Assembly (NCBI GenBank): GCA_002269645.1
Contig: NIVC01002950.1
Coordinates: 1 to 64,000, forward strand
DNA length: 64,000 nucleotides
DNA from: Macrostomum lignano
Taxonomy: Eukaryota
Direction of reading: 5' to 3'
The position numbers and the translations under genes are program-made. Under the pieces are notes generated by a model that saw nothing but the letters and a program-made list of their open reading frames with translations, was not told where the DNA came from and searched no databases. Below, one piece after another: positions 46,250-59,040 of this stretch (position 1 is the stretch's first letter; the number at the start of each line of letters is the position of its first letter).

Positions 46250-47580
46250 CTTGTTTGTCTGACTCATTTTCTCTGAAACTGTCTTTGTCTGACTCATTTT
46301 ATTTGAAACTGTCTGACTCATTTTCTTGGAAACTAACTGTCTTTGTCTAACTCATTTTCTTGGAAACCGGCTTTGTCTGACTCATTTTATCTGAAACTGA
46401 TTTCGTCTGACTCATTTTCTTTGAAACTTTTTTGTCTGACTCATTTTTTCTAAAACTGTCTTTGACTCATTTTCTCTGAAACTGTCTTTGACTCATTTTC
46501 TCTGAAACTGTGTCTTTGTCTGTCTCATTTTCTCTAAAACTGGCTTTGTCTGACTCATTTTTTGAAACTTTTTTTTCTGTCTTATTTTCTCTAAAACTGT
46601 CTTTGTCTGACTCATTTTCTCTGAAACTGTGTTTCTCTGACTCATTTTCTCTGAAACTGTCTTTGTCTGACTCATTTTCTTGGAAACTGGCTTTGTCTGA
46701 CTCATTTTCTTGGAAACTGGGTTTGTCTGACTCATTTTCTCTGAAACTGATTTTGTCTGACTTGTTTTCTTCTAAACTGTCTTTGTCTGACTCATTTTCT
46801 TCGAAACTGTCTGACTCATTTTATTTGAAACTGTCTGACTCATTTTCTTGGAAACTAACTGTCTTTGTCTAACTCATTTTCTCTGAAACTGTCTTTGTCT
46901 GACTCATTTTCTTGGAAACTGGGTTTGTCTGACTCATTTTCTCTGAAACTGATTTTGTCTGACTTGTTTTCTTCTAAACTGTCTTTGTCTGACTCATTTT
47001 CTTCGAAACTGTCTGACTCATTTTCTTCTAAACTGACTTTGTCTGACTCATTTTATTTGAAACTGTCTGACTCATTTTATTTGAAACTGTCTGACTCATT
47101 TTCTTGGAAACTAACTGTCTTTGTCTAACTCATTTTCTCTGAAACTGTCTTTGTCTGACTCATTTTCTTGGAAACTGGCTTTGTCTGACTCATTTTCTTG
47201 GAAACTGGGTTTGTCTGACTCATTTTCTCTGAAACTGATTTTGTCTGACTCATTTTATCTGAATCTGTCTTTGACTCATTTTATCTGAAACTGTTTTGAC
47301 TCATTTTCTCTGAAACTGATTTTGTCTGACTCATTTTCTTCTAAACTGTCTTTGTCTGACTCATTTTCTTCGAAACTGTCTGACTCATTTTCTTCGAAAC
47401 TGTCTGACTCATTTTCTTCGAAACTGTCTGACTCATTTTCTTCTAAACTGTCTTTGTCTGACTCATTTTCTTTGAAACTGTGTGTGTCTGACTCATTTTC
47501 TTGGAAACTGTGTGTGTCTGACTCATTTTCTTGGAAACTGTGTGTGTCTGACTCATTTTCTCTAAAATGGTGTGTGTCTG
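46250..47580. repeat. 24/30-bp minisatellite (TGTCTGACTCATTTTCTCTGAAACTGTCTT)
   Basis: Tandem units run up to the exon 6 acceptor region. Confidence 0.95.
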
Positions 47581-47623
47581 TCTGTCGCCCTTCAATCACC
47601 CCCTTCCCTGCTATTCAATTCAG

Positions 47624-47805
47624 CACCGACGAGTCAGCCACAGAATCAATTCTAAAGAGTCTGGAGACGATGGTGTCTCTATGCGGCCGCTTGGGCCTGA
47701 CAACGCCTCGGGACGCTTTCATCACCGCCATGTGCAAAGCTTCTTTGCCTGCGGCCTACGCCCTGGCCGTGCTGAGCAGCGCCTCCGTTAGTCAGCATCA
47801 TAAAG
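47624..47805 (+). CDS. MON2: MON2 coding exon 6
   Basis: TTCAG|C: [48 protein letters not shown]; donor G|GTGAGA (phase 1). Confidence 0.96.
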
Positions 47806-47969
47806 GTGAGAGTATATCTTCATCATTATTGTGGTGTACTTGTTGAGCTCATGTAGAATTTGTTGATTCCGGGCCGCTTTACATCCTGCCTGCGTGAGTG
47901 CGTGCTCAGGGATCAGCGGAATGGGCTTAACTGCTCGGCTCCCATTTGGCTGCCTAACTCTCTAGCTAA

Positions 47970-48080
47970 GGGGTTTTAGCCTAGTGCTAGAGCGTCAGAT
48001 TCACGACTTGAAGGTCAGGGGTTCGATTCCCGATCCTACTGGAACAATATTTGTCCTTGATCAAGGATAGCTTACCTACT
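47970..48080 (+). mobile_element. SINE family 1, 5' part, in MON2 intron 6
   Basis: GGGGTTTTAGCCTAGTGCTAGAGCGTCAGATTCACGACTTGAAGGTCAGGGGTTCGATTCC followed by CORE-like GTCCTTGATCAAG. Confidence 0.75.
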
Positions 48081-48179
48081 AGGTAGAGATTAGGTAGAGA
48101 GGTTGACTCAACTGACTAACTGAATAACTAACCGCCGGCATTGCTAATCTACTCTCTGCCTTGTCCAACTCCACATCAG

Positions 48180-48742
48180 GCTCTTCAGCCGGCCAGTCGT
48201 CGTCTTCCACGTTTGCTGCGGCAAATATTCAAGCAGCCACGGCGGGAGCCGCAGCCACAGCTTCGTCTGCGGCATTGGCTGCGGCTGATTTAACGCCGTC
48301 TCGCGAGTTCAACCAGGTTGTGGTGGTCGGCCCGGCCCTGCCCACGCCCGGCCTGAGCTCCGGTTCGGCCGCGGTCGAGCTCGGCAAAGTGCACCTGACT
48401 GCTAAGAATATGCAGTGCATGAGGGCCATATTGAGCGTGGCGCATTGTCATGGCGCTATACTGGGCACAGCTTGGCACCTGTTGCTGACCACACTGCAGC
48501 ACCTGACCTGGGTTCTGGGCTTGAAACCGGTCTCTGGTGGCAGCCTGGTGCACGCTAAAGGTTCAGGCGAGAGCGGCACGGTGGTCACTACCGCTGTGGT
48601 AGCTGATCTCGCAGTGCTTTCTAGCATGCTGAGCAGGCTGTTTGAGAGCTCACAATTCCTGGACGATGTGGCTCTGCATCACCTGATATCGGCTCTGTGC
48701 AAGCTGTCTATGGAGGCTATGCAATTGGCCTCTGCTAATAAG
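48180..48742 (+). CDS. MON2: MON2 coding exon 7
   Basis: CATCAG|GC ...[45 protein letters not shown]...[30 protein letters not shown]|GTATTT. Confidence 0.96.
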
Positions 48743-48884
48743 GTATTTCAAGCTTTGTAATGTCTTGTTAAAAAAGTCGCATTTGTTGTGTATGTTGCGT
48801 CTGGCATATTTATCGCCTGTAGTGTTTGTTTGTTCTGAAAGCTCTTTTGCTGACTTATTTTCTCTGTAAGACTCTGGTGATATT

Positions 48885-51290
48885 ATCTAGAATAGTCTAT
48901 GGACTGGCTCAGGCCTCAAATTGTCCAGAATAGTCTATGGACTGACTCAAGCCTCAAATTGTCCAGAATACTCTATGGACTGACTCAAGCCTCAAATTGT
49001 CCAGAATACTCTATGGACTGGCCCAAGCCTCAAATTGTCCAGAATACTCTATGGACTGGCTCAAGCCTCAAATTGTCCAGAATGCTCTATGGACTGACTC
49101 AAGCCTCAAATTGTCCAGAATAGTCTATGGACTGACTCAAGCCTCAAATTGTCCAGAATAGTCTATGGACTGACTCAAGCCTCAAATTGTCCAGAATGCT
49201 CTATGGACTGGCTCAAGCCTCAAATTGTCCAGAATAGTCTATGGACTGACTCAAGCCTCAAATTGTCCAGAATAGTCTATGGACTGACTCAAGCCTCAAA
49301 TTGTCCAGAATAGTCCATGGACTGACTAAAGCCTCAAATTGTCCAGAATAGTCTATGGACTGACTCAAGCCTCAAATTGTCCAGAATAGTCTATGGACTG
49401 ACTCAAGCCTCAAATTGTCCAGAATGCTCTATGGACTGGCTCAAGCCTCAAATTGTCCAGAATAGTCTATGGACTGACTCAAGCCTCAAATTGTCCAGAA
49501 TAGTCTATGGACTGACTCAAGCCTCAAATTGTCCAGAATGCTCTATGGACTGGCTCAAGCCTCAAATTGTCCAGAATAGTCCATGGACTGACTCAAGCCT
49601 CAAATTGTCCAGAATGCTCTATGGACTGACTCAAGCCTCATATTGTCCAGAATAGTCCATGGACTGGCCCAAGCCTCAAATTGTCCAGAATGCTCTATGG
49701 ACTGGCCCAAGCCTCAAATTGTCCAGAATACTCTGGCTGACTCAAGCCTCAAATTGTCTAGAATGCTCTATGGTTGACTCAAGCCTCAAATTGTCCAGAA
49801 TAGTCTATGGACTGACTCAAGCCTCAAATTGTCCAGAATGCTCTATGGACTGGCTCAAGCCTCAAATTGTCCAGAATAGTCCATGGACTGACTCAAGCCT
49901 CAAATTGTCCAGAATGCTCTATGGACTGACTCAAGCCTCATATTGTCCAGAATACTCTATGGCTGACTCAAGCCTCAAATTGTCCAGAATGCTCTATGGT
50001 TGACTCAAGCCTCAAATTGTCCAGAATAGTCCATGGACTGACTCAAGCCTCAAATTGTCCAGAATGCTCTATGGTTGACTCAAGCCTCAAATTGTCCAGA
50101 ATAGTCCATGGACTGACTCAAGCCCAAATTGTCCAGAATGCTCTATGGACTGACTCAAGCCTCATATTGTCCAGAATACTCTATGGACTGGCCCAAGCCT
50201 CAAATTGTCCAGAATACTCTGGCTGACTCAAGCCTCAAATTGTCTAGAATGCTCTATGGTTGACTCAAGCCTCAAATTGTCCAGAATACTCTATGGACTG
50301 GCCCAAGCCTCAAATTGTCCAGAATACTCTATGGACTGGCCCAAGCCTCAAATTGTCCAGAATACTCTATGGACTGGCCCAAGCCTCAAATTGTCCAGAA
50401 TACTCTATGGCTGACTCAAGCTTCAAATAGTCTAGAATGCTCTATGGTTGACTCAAGCTTCAAATAGTCTAGAATGCTCTATGGTTGACTCAAGCCTCAT
50501 ATTGTCCAGAATACTCTATGGACTGGCCCAAGCCTCAAATTGTCCAGAATACTCTATGGCTGACTCAAGCTTCAAATAGTCTAGAATGCTCTATGGTTGA
50601 CTCAAGCTTCAAATAGTCTAGAATGCTCTATGGTTGACTCAAGCCTCATATTGTCCAGAATACTCTATGGACTGGCCCAAGCCTCAAATTGTCCAGAATA
50701 CTCTATGGCTGACTCAAGCCTCAAATTGTCCAGAATGCTCTATGGTTGACTCAAGCCTCAAATTGTCCAGAATAGTCCATGGACTGACTCAAGCCCCAAA
50801 TTGTCCAGAATGCTCTATGGACTGACTCAAGCCTCATATTGTCCAGAATACTCTATGGACTGGCCCAAGCCTCAAATTGTCCAGAATACTCTGGCTGACT
50901 CAAGCCTCAAATTGTCTAGAATGCTCTATGGTTGACTCAAGCCTCAAATTGTCCAGAATACTCTATGGACTGGCCCAAGCCTCAAATTGTCCAGAATACT
51001 CTATGGACTGGCCCAAGCCTCAAATTGTCCAGAATACTCTATGGCTGACTCAAGCTTCAAATAGTCTAGAATGCTCTATGGTTGACTCAAGCTTCAAATA
51101 GTCTAGAATGCTCTATGGTTGACTCAAGCTTCAAATAGTCTAGAATGCTCTATGGTTGACTCAAGCCTCATATTGTCCAGAATACTCTATGGACTGGCCC
51201 AAGCCTCAAATTGTCCAGAATACTCTATGGCTGACTCAAGCCTCAAATTGTCTAGAATGCTCTATGGTTGACTCAAGCCTCATACTGCCT
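48885..51290. repeat. 38-bp minisatellite, MON2 intron 7 (CTATGGACTGACTCAAGCCTCAAATTGTCCAGAATAGT)
   Basis: Period 38 at the start (48897, 48935, 48973), with shorter variants later; ~2.4 kb. Confidence 0.96.
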
Positions 51291-52519
51291 ATAGTACTAG
51301 CTTTTCTAACTTTAATTGCCACATGAAATATTGCCACACGGAAAGCAATTAGAAAATTTATGGCATCAAAATCGGATCATAAATAATCATGGTTTTACCG
51401 ATTCGGCGCTAAGTGTGTGCGATGTGGGACTCTACGTAAATGCCATCACGTGAATTGATAAATTTTCCATTTAGATTAATCTCCAACTGCCTAGTGATAG
51501 ACGTAGCTTACAGCAGTTCCGCAAATTGAGCAAGAGCAATCCACTTATTTCCATTTGTAAAATATAATGCAGCGAAATTCAATTCCTACCTACGGGCTAT
51601 ATATGGTTCGTTGCCTTTTCAGATATTTGTTTTTGATTTTTAATTGCCAATTTCTCCTGTTATCGAATTAAATAGAAATTTGCTCTAGCTGCACGTCAAC
51701 AGTAAATTGTTCCTTTTAATGCTGTTTATCTGAGGTTTTAACTTAATAAAATCCAATGTCACTGCATCACTTGTATGCGCCTGTGTGGCTATTCGCAAAG
51801 ATTTTTTCCAATATTTTATACGCTATATGTGTTCCGTTCGACCATAGACTACGTAACGGCAATTCTCCAGCTTATATACAAAATACCATCTGATTCCCTA
51901 CCCTTAATGTACATGTACACCCTAGAGTTTTCTGCCCCCTCCTAATGTACACCCTAATTCTCTACCCCCAATCTACAGTCTTGAATTCTCTTCCCTCCCC
52001 CAATGTACAGACCCTTATATTTTCTGCCCCTAATGTACACCCTTAAATTGTCTCTCCCCAGTGTACATCCTTAGATTCTCTACCTTAAATGTACACTTCT
52101 AGCTGGGCATTTTATCAAGCAACTTAAATCCCAAACATCCAAAAATCTTTTAAAAGTCCAAGGAAGCTTAAGCATCGAATAGAATGCGTGGGCCGATTAA
52201 TTGCCAGAGCATTGATGTAACTACAGCAGCACAAAGAACAGGCTTTGTGTAGCAAAATCACTTTTGTTTCTATCCAGCCCTTTTTCCTCACTGCCCCCAA
52301 ATTTATTCAAATTTGTCAATCCGATTTTGTAAAACCAAATATAGATGAGGAGGAAATTCTAATGACACTTCTGTTTCTCAAAAAGCTGCTTTTTAAAATT
52401 GAAATTAATTGGACAAACTACTATAGATTGAATGCGTATGTCCTAAGAATGAACCTAAAATGTGGTGTGTCCACAAAAGCTTAAAGCAAATATCTAGGAA
52501 TATAAAACACATTCCGTGT

Positions 52520-52985
52520 TCAGAGATATAAAACACACGTGTCCAGAGATATAAAACACACGTGTCCAGAGATATAAAACACACGTGTCCAGAGAAATAA
52601 AACACACGTGTCCAGAGAAATATAACACACGTGTCCAGAGATATAAAACACACGTGTCCAGAGATATAAAACACACGTGTCCAGAGAAATATAACACACG
52701 TGTCCAGAGATATAGAACACACGTGTCCAGAAATATAAAACACACGTGTCCAGATATATAAAACACACGTGTCCAGATATATAAAACACACGTGTCCAGA
52801 GATATAAAACACGCGTGTCCAGAGATATAAAGCACACGTGTCCAAAGATTTAAAATACGCGTGTCCAGAGATATAAAGCACACGTGTCTAGAGATATAAA
52901 ACAAACATGTCCAGAGGTATAAAAAACACGTGTCCAGAGATTTAAAATACGCGTGTCCAGAGATATAAAACACGTGTCCAGAACA
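52520..52985. repeat. 23-bp minisatellite containing ACACGTGT
   Basis: CACGTG recurs at 52536, 52559, 52582 and onward. Confidence 0.93.
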
Positions 52986-53504
52986 GTGTTTCGTAGTTCT
53001 GGAAAAGTAAAACACACGTTTGCAGACATACACAACAAACGTGTCCAGTGATCTAGAACACATGTGTCCGGAGATCTAAGACGTGTTCAGAACTCTCAAA
53101 GTCTTGTCCGGGGACCTAAGCCATTAGGAAATATGTGTCCTGATTTTTCGCTTTTTTATTTTGCTCATCAGTTTTTATGTATGATCAGCAGGATTCGGAT
53201 GGAATGATGAGAAAACATAAGGATCATAAAGCTAATAAAAGCGGATGTCGCATATCCCTTCTTTACAGTGTAATTGCAGATGTGCATAGGGAATCAGCAA
53301 AATTTTATCTTTGGCGTGTTGTCATGCGGGACTCAAATGTTTTCCCCACATCTGGATTCCTTTCTGGATAATATACAAGCGTAATAAAAACATAACTAAA
53401 AGTAAAAAACCTTATATATAAATGAATGAGTTCATATTTACCTTTATTTGCGCCATTTTATTTGAGATAGGGTTTCTGCTTTTTGAGTTGGGAATCTATT
53501 TCAT

Positions 53505-53685
53505 TTAAGATGGGTGCCATTTCATTTGAGTTGGGCTGCCGTTTCATTTAAGATAGGGTGCCATTTCATTTGAGTTGGGCTGCCGTTTCATTTAAGATGG
53601 GGTGCCATTTCATTTAAGTTGGGCTGCCGTTTCATTTGAGTTGGGCTGCCGTTTTATTTGAGATGGGGCGCCATTTTATTTGAGA
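53505..53685. repeat. ~37-bp degenerate tandem repeat (GGGTGCCATTTCATTTGAGTTGGGCTGCCGTTTCATTTAAGAT-like)
   Basis: Four to five units are visible. Confidence 0.75.
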
Positions 53686-53741
53686 GGATCATTATTATTT
53701 TCAATAACAATGCTTAGCTTCTGTGCGGCGTGTGACAAAAG

Positions 53742-54110
53742 TCAAGGTCAGTCAAGGTCAGACTAGGTCAGTCAAGGTCAGACTAGGGCAGTCAAGGTCA
53801 GACTAGGTCAGTCAAGGTCAGACTAGGGCAGTCAAGGTCAGACTAGGTCAGTCAAGGTCAGACTAGGGCAGTCAAGGTCAGACTAGGTCAGTCAAGGTCA
53901 GACTAGGGCAGTCAAGGTCAGACTAGGGCAGTCAAGGTCAGACTAGGTCAGTCAAGGTCAGACTAGGTAAGTCAAGGTCAGACTAGGGCAGTCAAGGTCA
54001 GACTAGGTCAGTCAAGGTCAGACTAGGTCAGTCAAGGTCAGACTAAGCCAGTCAAGGTCAGACTAGGGCAGTCAAGGTCAGACTAGGTCAGTCAAGGTCA
54101 AAGTCAAGGT
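53742..54110. repeat. 20-bp minisatellite (GTCAAGGTCAGACTAGG(G/T)CA)
   Basis: About 18 near-identical units. Confidence 0.96.
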
Positions 54111-54574
54111 CTTGATAACAGCTGGAACAGAGTCTCAGGAGTCACAAGGTGCGCCTCTGGACTGCGCCGCTGACCAAATCTGGCAGTTTGTCGAAACAAA
54201 ATGGCGCTACAAGTCTCTTAGACGGTCGAAATGAAATCTTTCTAGAAAAATAATAAATGGTCTGTCCGGCAATGATGGGTGAACAGTTAATATTAATAAC
54301 TGATAACAAATAATAGCAGAACAACAAAACTGCTCTCCCCGTAGAAGACCTTTTGCGTCAGCAAAGCCTCTAATTCGAGAAAAAAACAAAGAAAATGAAA
54401 AAAGGCAACAAAATTAGCTGTGGAAACAAGTAGAAGCCAATACGCCTATCTGCTATCAGCTCTAGTTGATTTTGTTTGTGCTGTCTTGCCACATAGCCGA
54501 CACAGCGGCGTCATCTCTAGGATATCGAATGACTCAAAGAATTTCTACTGCAGCTATGCACTTTCAGCCTGACT

Positions 54575-54900
54575 TTCCCTCCCCATCTACCTTTCCCTCC
54601 CCTCTCACCCTTCATCTCTCAACCCCCTTTAATCTCTTTCTCCCATCTCATCTCTCTGCTTTATTCAATCTTCTAATTTCTCTCCCTCTCTTATCTCCGT
54701 CTCTGCCTCTCCCTCTGATCTATCTCCCTCTCCTCCTCCCCTTCTCCCCCCATCTCTCTGCCTCTAATCTCTCTCTCTCTCTTTTCCCTTAAACAGCTGT
54801 GTTACCGCGCCAGTGCTCGTGATTTGGATTTGTGGACTCTTCCCTTTCTCTCTCTCCCTCTGTCCCTCTCTGTCTGTCTCTACTTCTTTACTTTTCGCCC
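54575..54900 (+). repeat. Polypyrimidine (CT-rich) low-complexity tract
   Basis: The + strand is almost exclusively C/T. Confidence 0.8.
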
Positions 54901-55174
54901 TTAGGAAGCATTTTGTAATCTGAAAGTTTGGCAAGCATAGCTTAATTTATAGTGACTCTTCTCTCTTTGGTTGTCTTCGCACATTTACCGCGTCAGAAGC
55001 GCTTTTTGGATTAGGGAGTAGAGTGATGCGTCCTGTCTGTCTCTTCCTTGATTTTTTTTCTCTTTTTTGTTCTGTTTAATACCGCGTGTCTCTGTGTTTG
55101 AAGTATAATGTCATAGTGTACAGTACCTGCAGTTATGCTACATAGTATGCAACCGGCATCCCCCTCTAACACAG

Positions 55175-55276
55175 GAGCCTTCACTATTCGCCGTGGCCAA
55201 ACTGCAAGAGACCGGCTTAGTGAATTTGAAACGCATGGAAGTACTGTGGAAGCCTGTAACGCATCACCTGCTTGAG
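55175..55276 (+). CDS. MON2: MON2 coding exon 8 (last exon found; gene continues beyond window)
   Basis: ACAG|[37 protein letters not shown]|GTAAGC. Exons 1-8 total 2580 nt in one frame. Confidence 0.96.
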
Positions 55277-55789
55277 GTAAGCAAATTTATTAATAATGTA
55301 TGTACACATGTACTAGCTTTTTGTACTGTCAACAATTTGACTATAGTTTATACAGTCTCTCTCTCTGTTGCTTAAAGCTTTACATGGATATACATGCTCA
55401 TGCAAAGTGTGCTCAGCTTAGTAAATAGCTAGCCAAACAATTGCTATGTCAGGCGGGCAGATGGCACTCAGTCGCCTATTCAGCAGCTGTATGAGTTAGG
55501 CCCATTATTTTGAAAAAAATGCATTCTTAAAACAGTCTGCAGTCTGCTTGTCAGTTTGTTGTTGACCCATTGATGGATAGAGTGCTGGGTCAACCATCTG
55601 TGAGCGATTTTGCGTCTTCAATATTTAACAGAGTCACTTTAAAGATTTGAAGAGACATTTTAAGTGGCACTAAATTACTTGCAGTGACTATAAGACGTTG
55701 AACTGTTACGAGAATTACCTCGTATAATTGGTACTGGAGTTCATGTAATATAGCAGTTCCAGACTTTAAGTGACAATAAAGCTCGGTAG

Positions 55790-56575
55790 GGTGACAACAT
55801 AGTCTCGGAGATCGGAGTGACAAAAAGAGTCTCAGAGTGACATAAAAGGCCTTAGAGTGACATAATGAATCTCGGAGTGAAAAAAAGAGCTCGGGTGACA
55901 CTAATAGGCTTGGGGTGATAGAAAGAGTTTCGAAGTGACACTAATAGTCATGGAGTGACACTAATAGTCTCGGAGTGACACTAATAGTCTCGGAGTGACA
56001 CTAATAGTCTTGGAGTGACACTAATAGTCTCGGAGTGACACTAATAGTCTCGGAGTGACACTCATAGTCTCGGAGTGACACTAATAGTCTCAGAGTGACA
56101 CTAGTAGTCTCTAAATGCCAAAAAAGTCTCGGAGTGACACTAATGGTCTTTGAGTGACAGAATGAGTCTCGGAGTGACACTAATGGTCTTTGAGTGACAG
56201 AAAGAGTTTTAGGGTGAGATGAAAGAGTCTCAGACAGACAGAAGAAAAAGTCTTAGAGTGACAGAATAAGTTTCAGAGTGACACTAACGTATTGGAGTGA
56301 CACTAATCGTCTTGGAGTGATAGAAAAATGGTCGGAGTGACACTAATAGTCTCAGAGTAACATAAAGAGCTCGGGAGTGACATTAATACTCTTGGAGTGA
56401 CAGAAAAAAGTCTTAAAGTGACAGAATGAGTCTCGGGGTGTCAGAAATAATTCGGAGTGACACTTACTAGTCTCAGAGTGCTAAAAGGAGTCTTAGAAAT
56501 GTCTCGGAGTGATACTAATCGCTTCGTAGCGACAGAGTTTTAGACATGGCAAAAATAGTCTACGAAGTGACAGAA
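55790..56575. repeat. 20-bp minisatellite (GGAGTGACACTAATAGTCTC), degenerate at edges
   Basis: Clean units at 55960-56100, diverged units either side. Confidence 0.88.
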
Positions 56576-57114
56576 TAAGCCATAGTTGGATATTTAGAAT
56601 GAGAGGGACACTCGTATAGTTTTATTTGAGTTTTAGCTGGTAACCAAAACTGCTGTAATATAAACTTTAAAGTGTAAATTATGCTAGTTCTAGCGTAACT
56701 TTATTAGATATGGGCAAGTTGGCTCTCGGCCTAATCAGCATATCCCTGAGCAGTCTTTGAGCTAATCGAGTTAAACTCTGAGAGATTTTAGCTAGCTATA
56801 TTGCCTACAACCGCCGATAAGATCCGGTATCTCGTGACTTTAAAAATCTTCTCCCGCGATCCTATACGAGTTTGCCCTTTTCCGTGTCACGCATCTGTCT
56901 AAAGCTTTTTTTACCGCTTGCCGATGGTTTGTGTCTCTCTGACTATGTCCCATGCTTACCTGGTATATTTGTGTTTATTATCACAGCTAAATATCCAATT
57001 TAAGACTATATTTTGTCTCCTAGTGTCTCTTAGATCTTATTCCAATTATTAAGACTTTTTATGTTTTAGATGCTTTTAGATGCTATTTGCTTATTGATCG
57101 CTGCTTTCTTTCCC

Positions 57115-57690
57115 ATCAGCTCTCTTCTGTTCTCTCCCATCTCCTCCTCTCTTCCCCTTCTCTCTCCTCTCCACTCTCCTCTCTCCCCTTTATCTTCTCT
57201 CCTCTCTCATCTCTCCCCTATTATCTCCTCTTATCTACTCTCTCCTCTCCCCTATTATCTCCTCTTATCTACTCTCTCCTCTCCCACACTTTATCTCCTC
57301 TCTCTCTATTTATCTCCTCTCCTCCTTTATCTCCTCTCTCCCCTTCTATCTCCTCTCTCCCCTCTCCTCTCTCTCTTTTATCTCCTCTCATCTCCTCTCT
57401 TCTCTCCCACGCTTTATCTCTCTACCCTTTTATCTCCTCTGTCCCCTCTCCCCTCTCCCATTTTATCTCTCTCTCCTTTTATCTCCTCTCCCCATTTATC
57501 CCCTCTCATCTGTCCCCTCTCCCCTTTTATCTCCTCTCTCTCACCTTTCCGTTTTCCCCATTTCTCCTCTCCGTCTCCCCTCTCCTCTTCCCTTATGTCT
57601 CCTCTCCTCTCTCCCCCCTTTTCCCTAGCCTCTCCTCATTTTCTCCTATCTCCCACATCTCCTCTGTCCTCCTCTCCTCTCTTCTCTTTT
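57115..57690 (+). repeat. Polypyrimidine (CTCT/CTCC) low-complexity tract
   Basis: Extreme pyrimidine skew; explains the Leu/Ser/Pro ORFs. Confidence 0.9.
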
Positions 57691-58784
57691 AAACTGTATG
57701 CATACTTTATTATGAATGTTGCATTAGAAGCAGTTAAAATATGTGCAGCACTTTGGAATCTTCTCCTCTCCGGTGAAATACATACGCTCGTGTATTGTAA
57801 TATTTGCTGTATAGTATGAATAAGGAATGTTTTTATATTAACAGCAATGTCGAGTGCCAACCGTGCTGTTTCTGCATCGCACCTAGTCCATCAGGGGCCG
57901 GACCAGCATAGCAGAGCACTAAAAGCGCGCCCAGATGATCTTCTTTAGCATCCGTCACCAATTTTCCTTTCCCTAATTGATGTGGATGGCATTTATGTGT
58001 GCGCGCGAAGGGCAATGCGGGGTGAGTTCCAGTTGAGGTTTGTGGTGGTAAACGAAAGGCCGACCCGTTTTAGAGGCCGATCTTGTGTGTTATAAACAAT
58101 CTGTGTATGGCATGCGTGCTCCTAGTTGTTAGGAAACAAAGTGCACCCGCCATGAGAGAAGAGTGGCTTGCTTTCTCTCTTCTGTGCCTTCTCTTCCCCC
58201 CCCCACTCTCCCACTACCCCCCCCCCAGTTTCCGGCATTAATCTGTGTCGCAACGATCAGTTACTAACCTCTAGAGGCCCTCCGTCTCCGCCAGAGGCAG
58301 AGGCTGAGCAGAAATAAATAACGGAGAGCGATCCTTTTTAGACGAATCACTCTATTTATCTATCTATCTGTTAGATAAGAGATTTATAGTCATGCATCAA
58401 GCCCTATATAACTATCGATCTTGCTCAGCAATGATAGTCCCATTGGCTTGTGTCGTTTATTCTACTCGTTATTCAATCTTCGATTTTCTGTTCAATCTGT
58501 TTTTGGCTCTGCAATGGTGATTCCATCTAGTCGAAGTTAAATGGTCAGGCGCAAAATTTGTGCCAAATTTGTGCAAAAATATTGCGGTCAAGGTCTGATA
58601 TCTCGTGGGGGGGGGGGTTAGATTAGTTAGATTAGTTAGATTAGACAGTCAGGACCGCCGTACAACCTGTCGCTTGTATTGATATGTTCTCAGGTGTCAG
58701 CGGAATGGGATGCCAGGATGCCCGCAACCCTCCTGCGAATATTTGTTTGTTTATATGCTGGGATATGTCTCTTTCCTGTTTGCA

Positions 58785-58840
58785 TGTCTGCCTGTCTGCA
58801 TGTCTGCATGTCTGTCTGTCTGTATGTCTGTCTGTCTGCA

Positions 58841-58873
<33 letters not shown>

Positions 58874-58874
58874 T

Positions 58875-58909
<35 letters not shown>

Positions 58910-58944
58910 TTCTGTCTGTCTGTCTGTCTGTCTGTCTGCCTGCC

Positions 58945-58977
<33 letters not shown>

Positions 58978-59040
58978 TTCTGTCTGTCTGTCTGTCTGTC
59001 TTTCTGTCTGTCTGTCTTTCTGTCTGTCTGTTCTACTGTC
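58785..59040. repeat. (CTGT)n microsatellite
   Basis: Tandem CTGT with CATG/CTTT variants. Confidence 0.96.

Noticed and set aside
57070-57819. 249-aa Leu/Ser/Pro-rich 'membrane' ORF
   Set aside because: A polypyrimidine tract cannot contain stop codons on this strand, so the ORF is compositional.
58694-58760. Candidate MON2 exon 9 (CAG|GTG TCA GCG...VSAEWDARM)
   Set aside because: It has only a chance V......RM match to the expected VCQHPNSRMREWG and no EWG. The sequence matches the SINE family 2 fragment CTCAGG..CAGCGGAATGGG and runs into a microsatellite. No further MON2 exon was found in the window.
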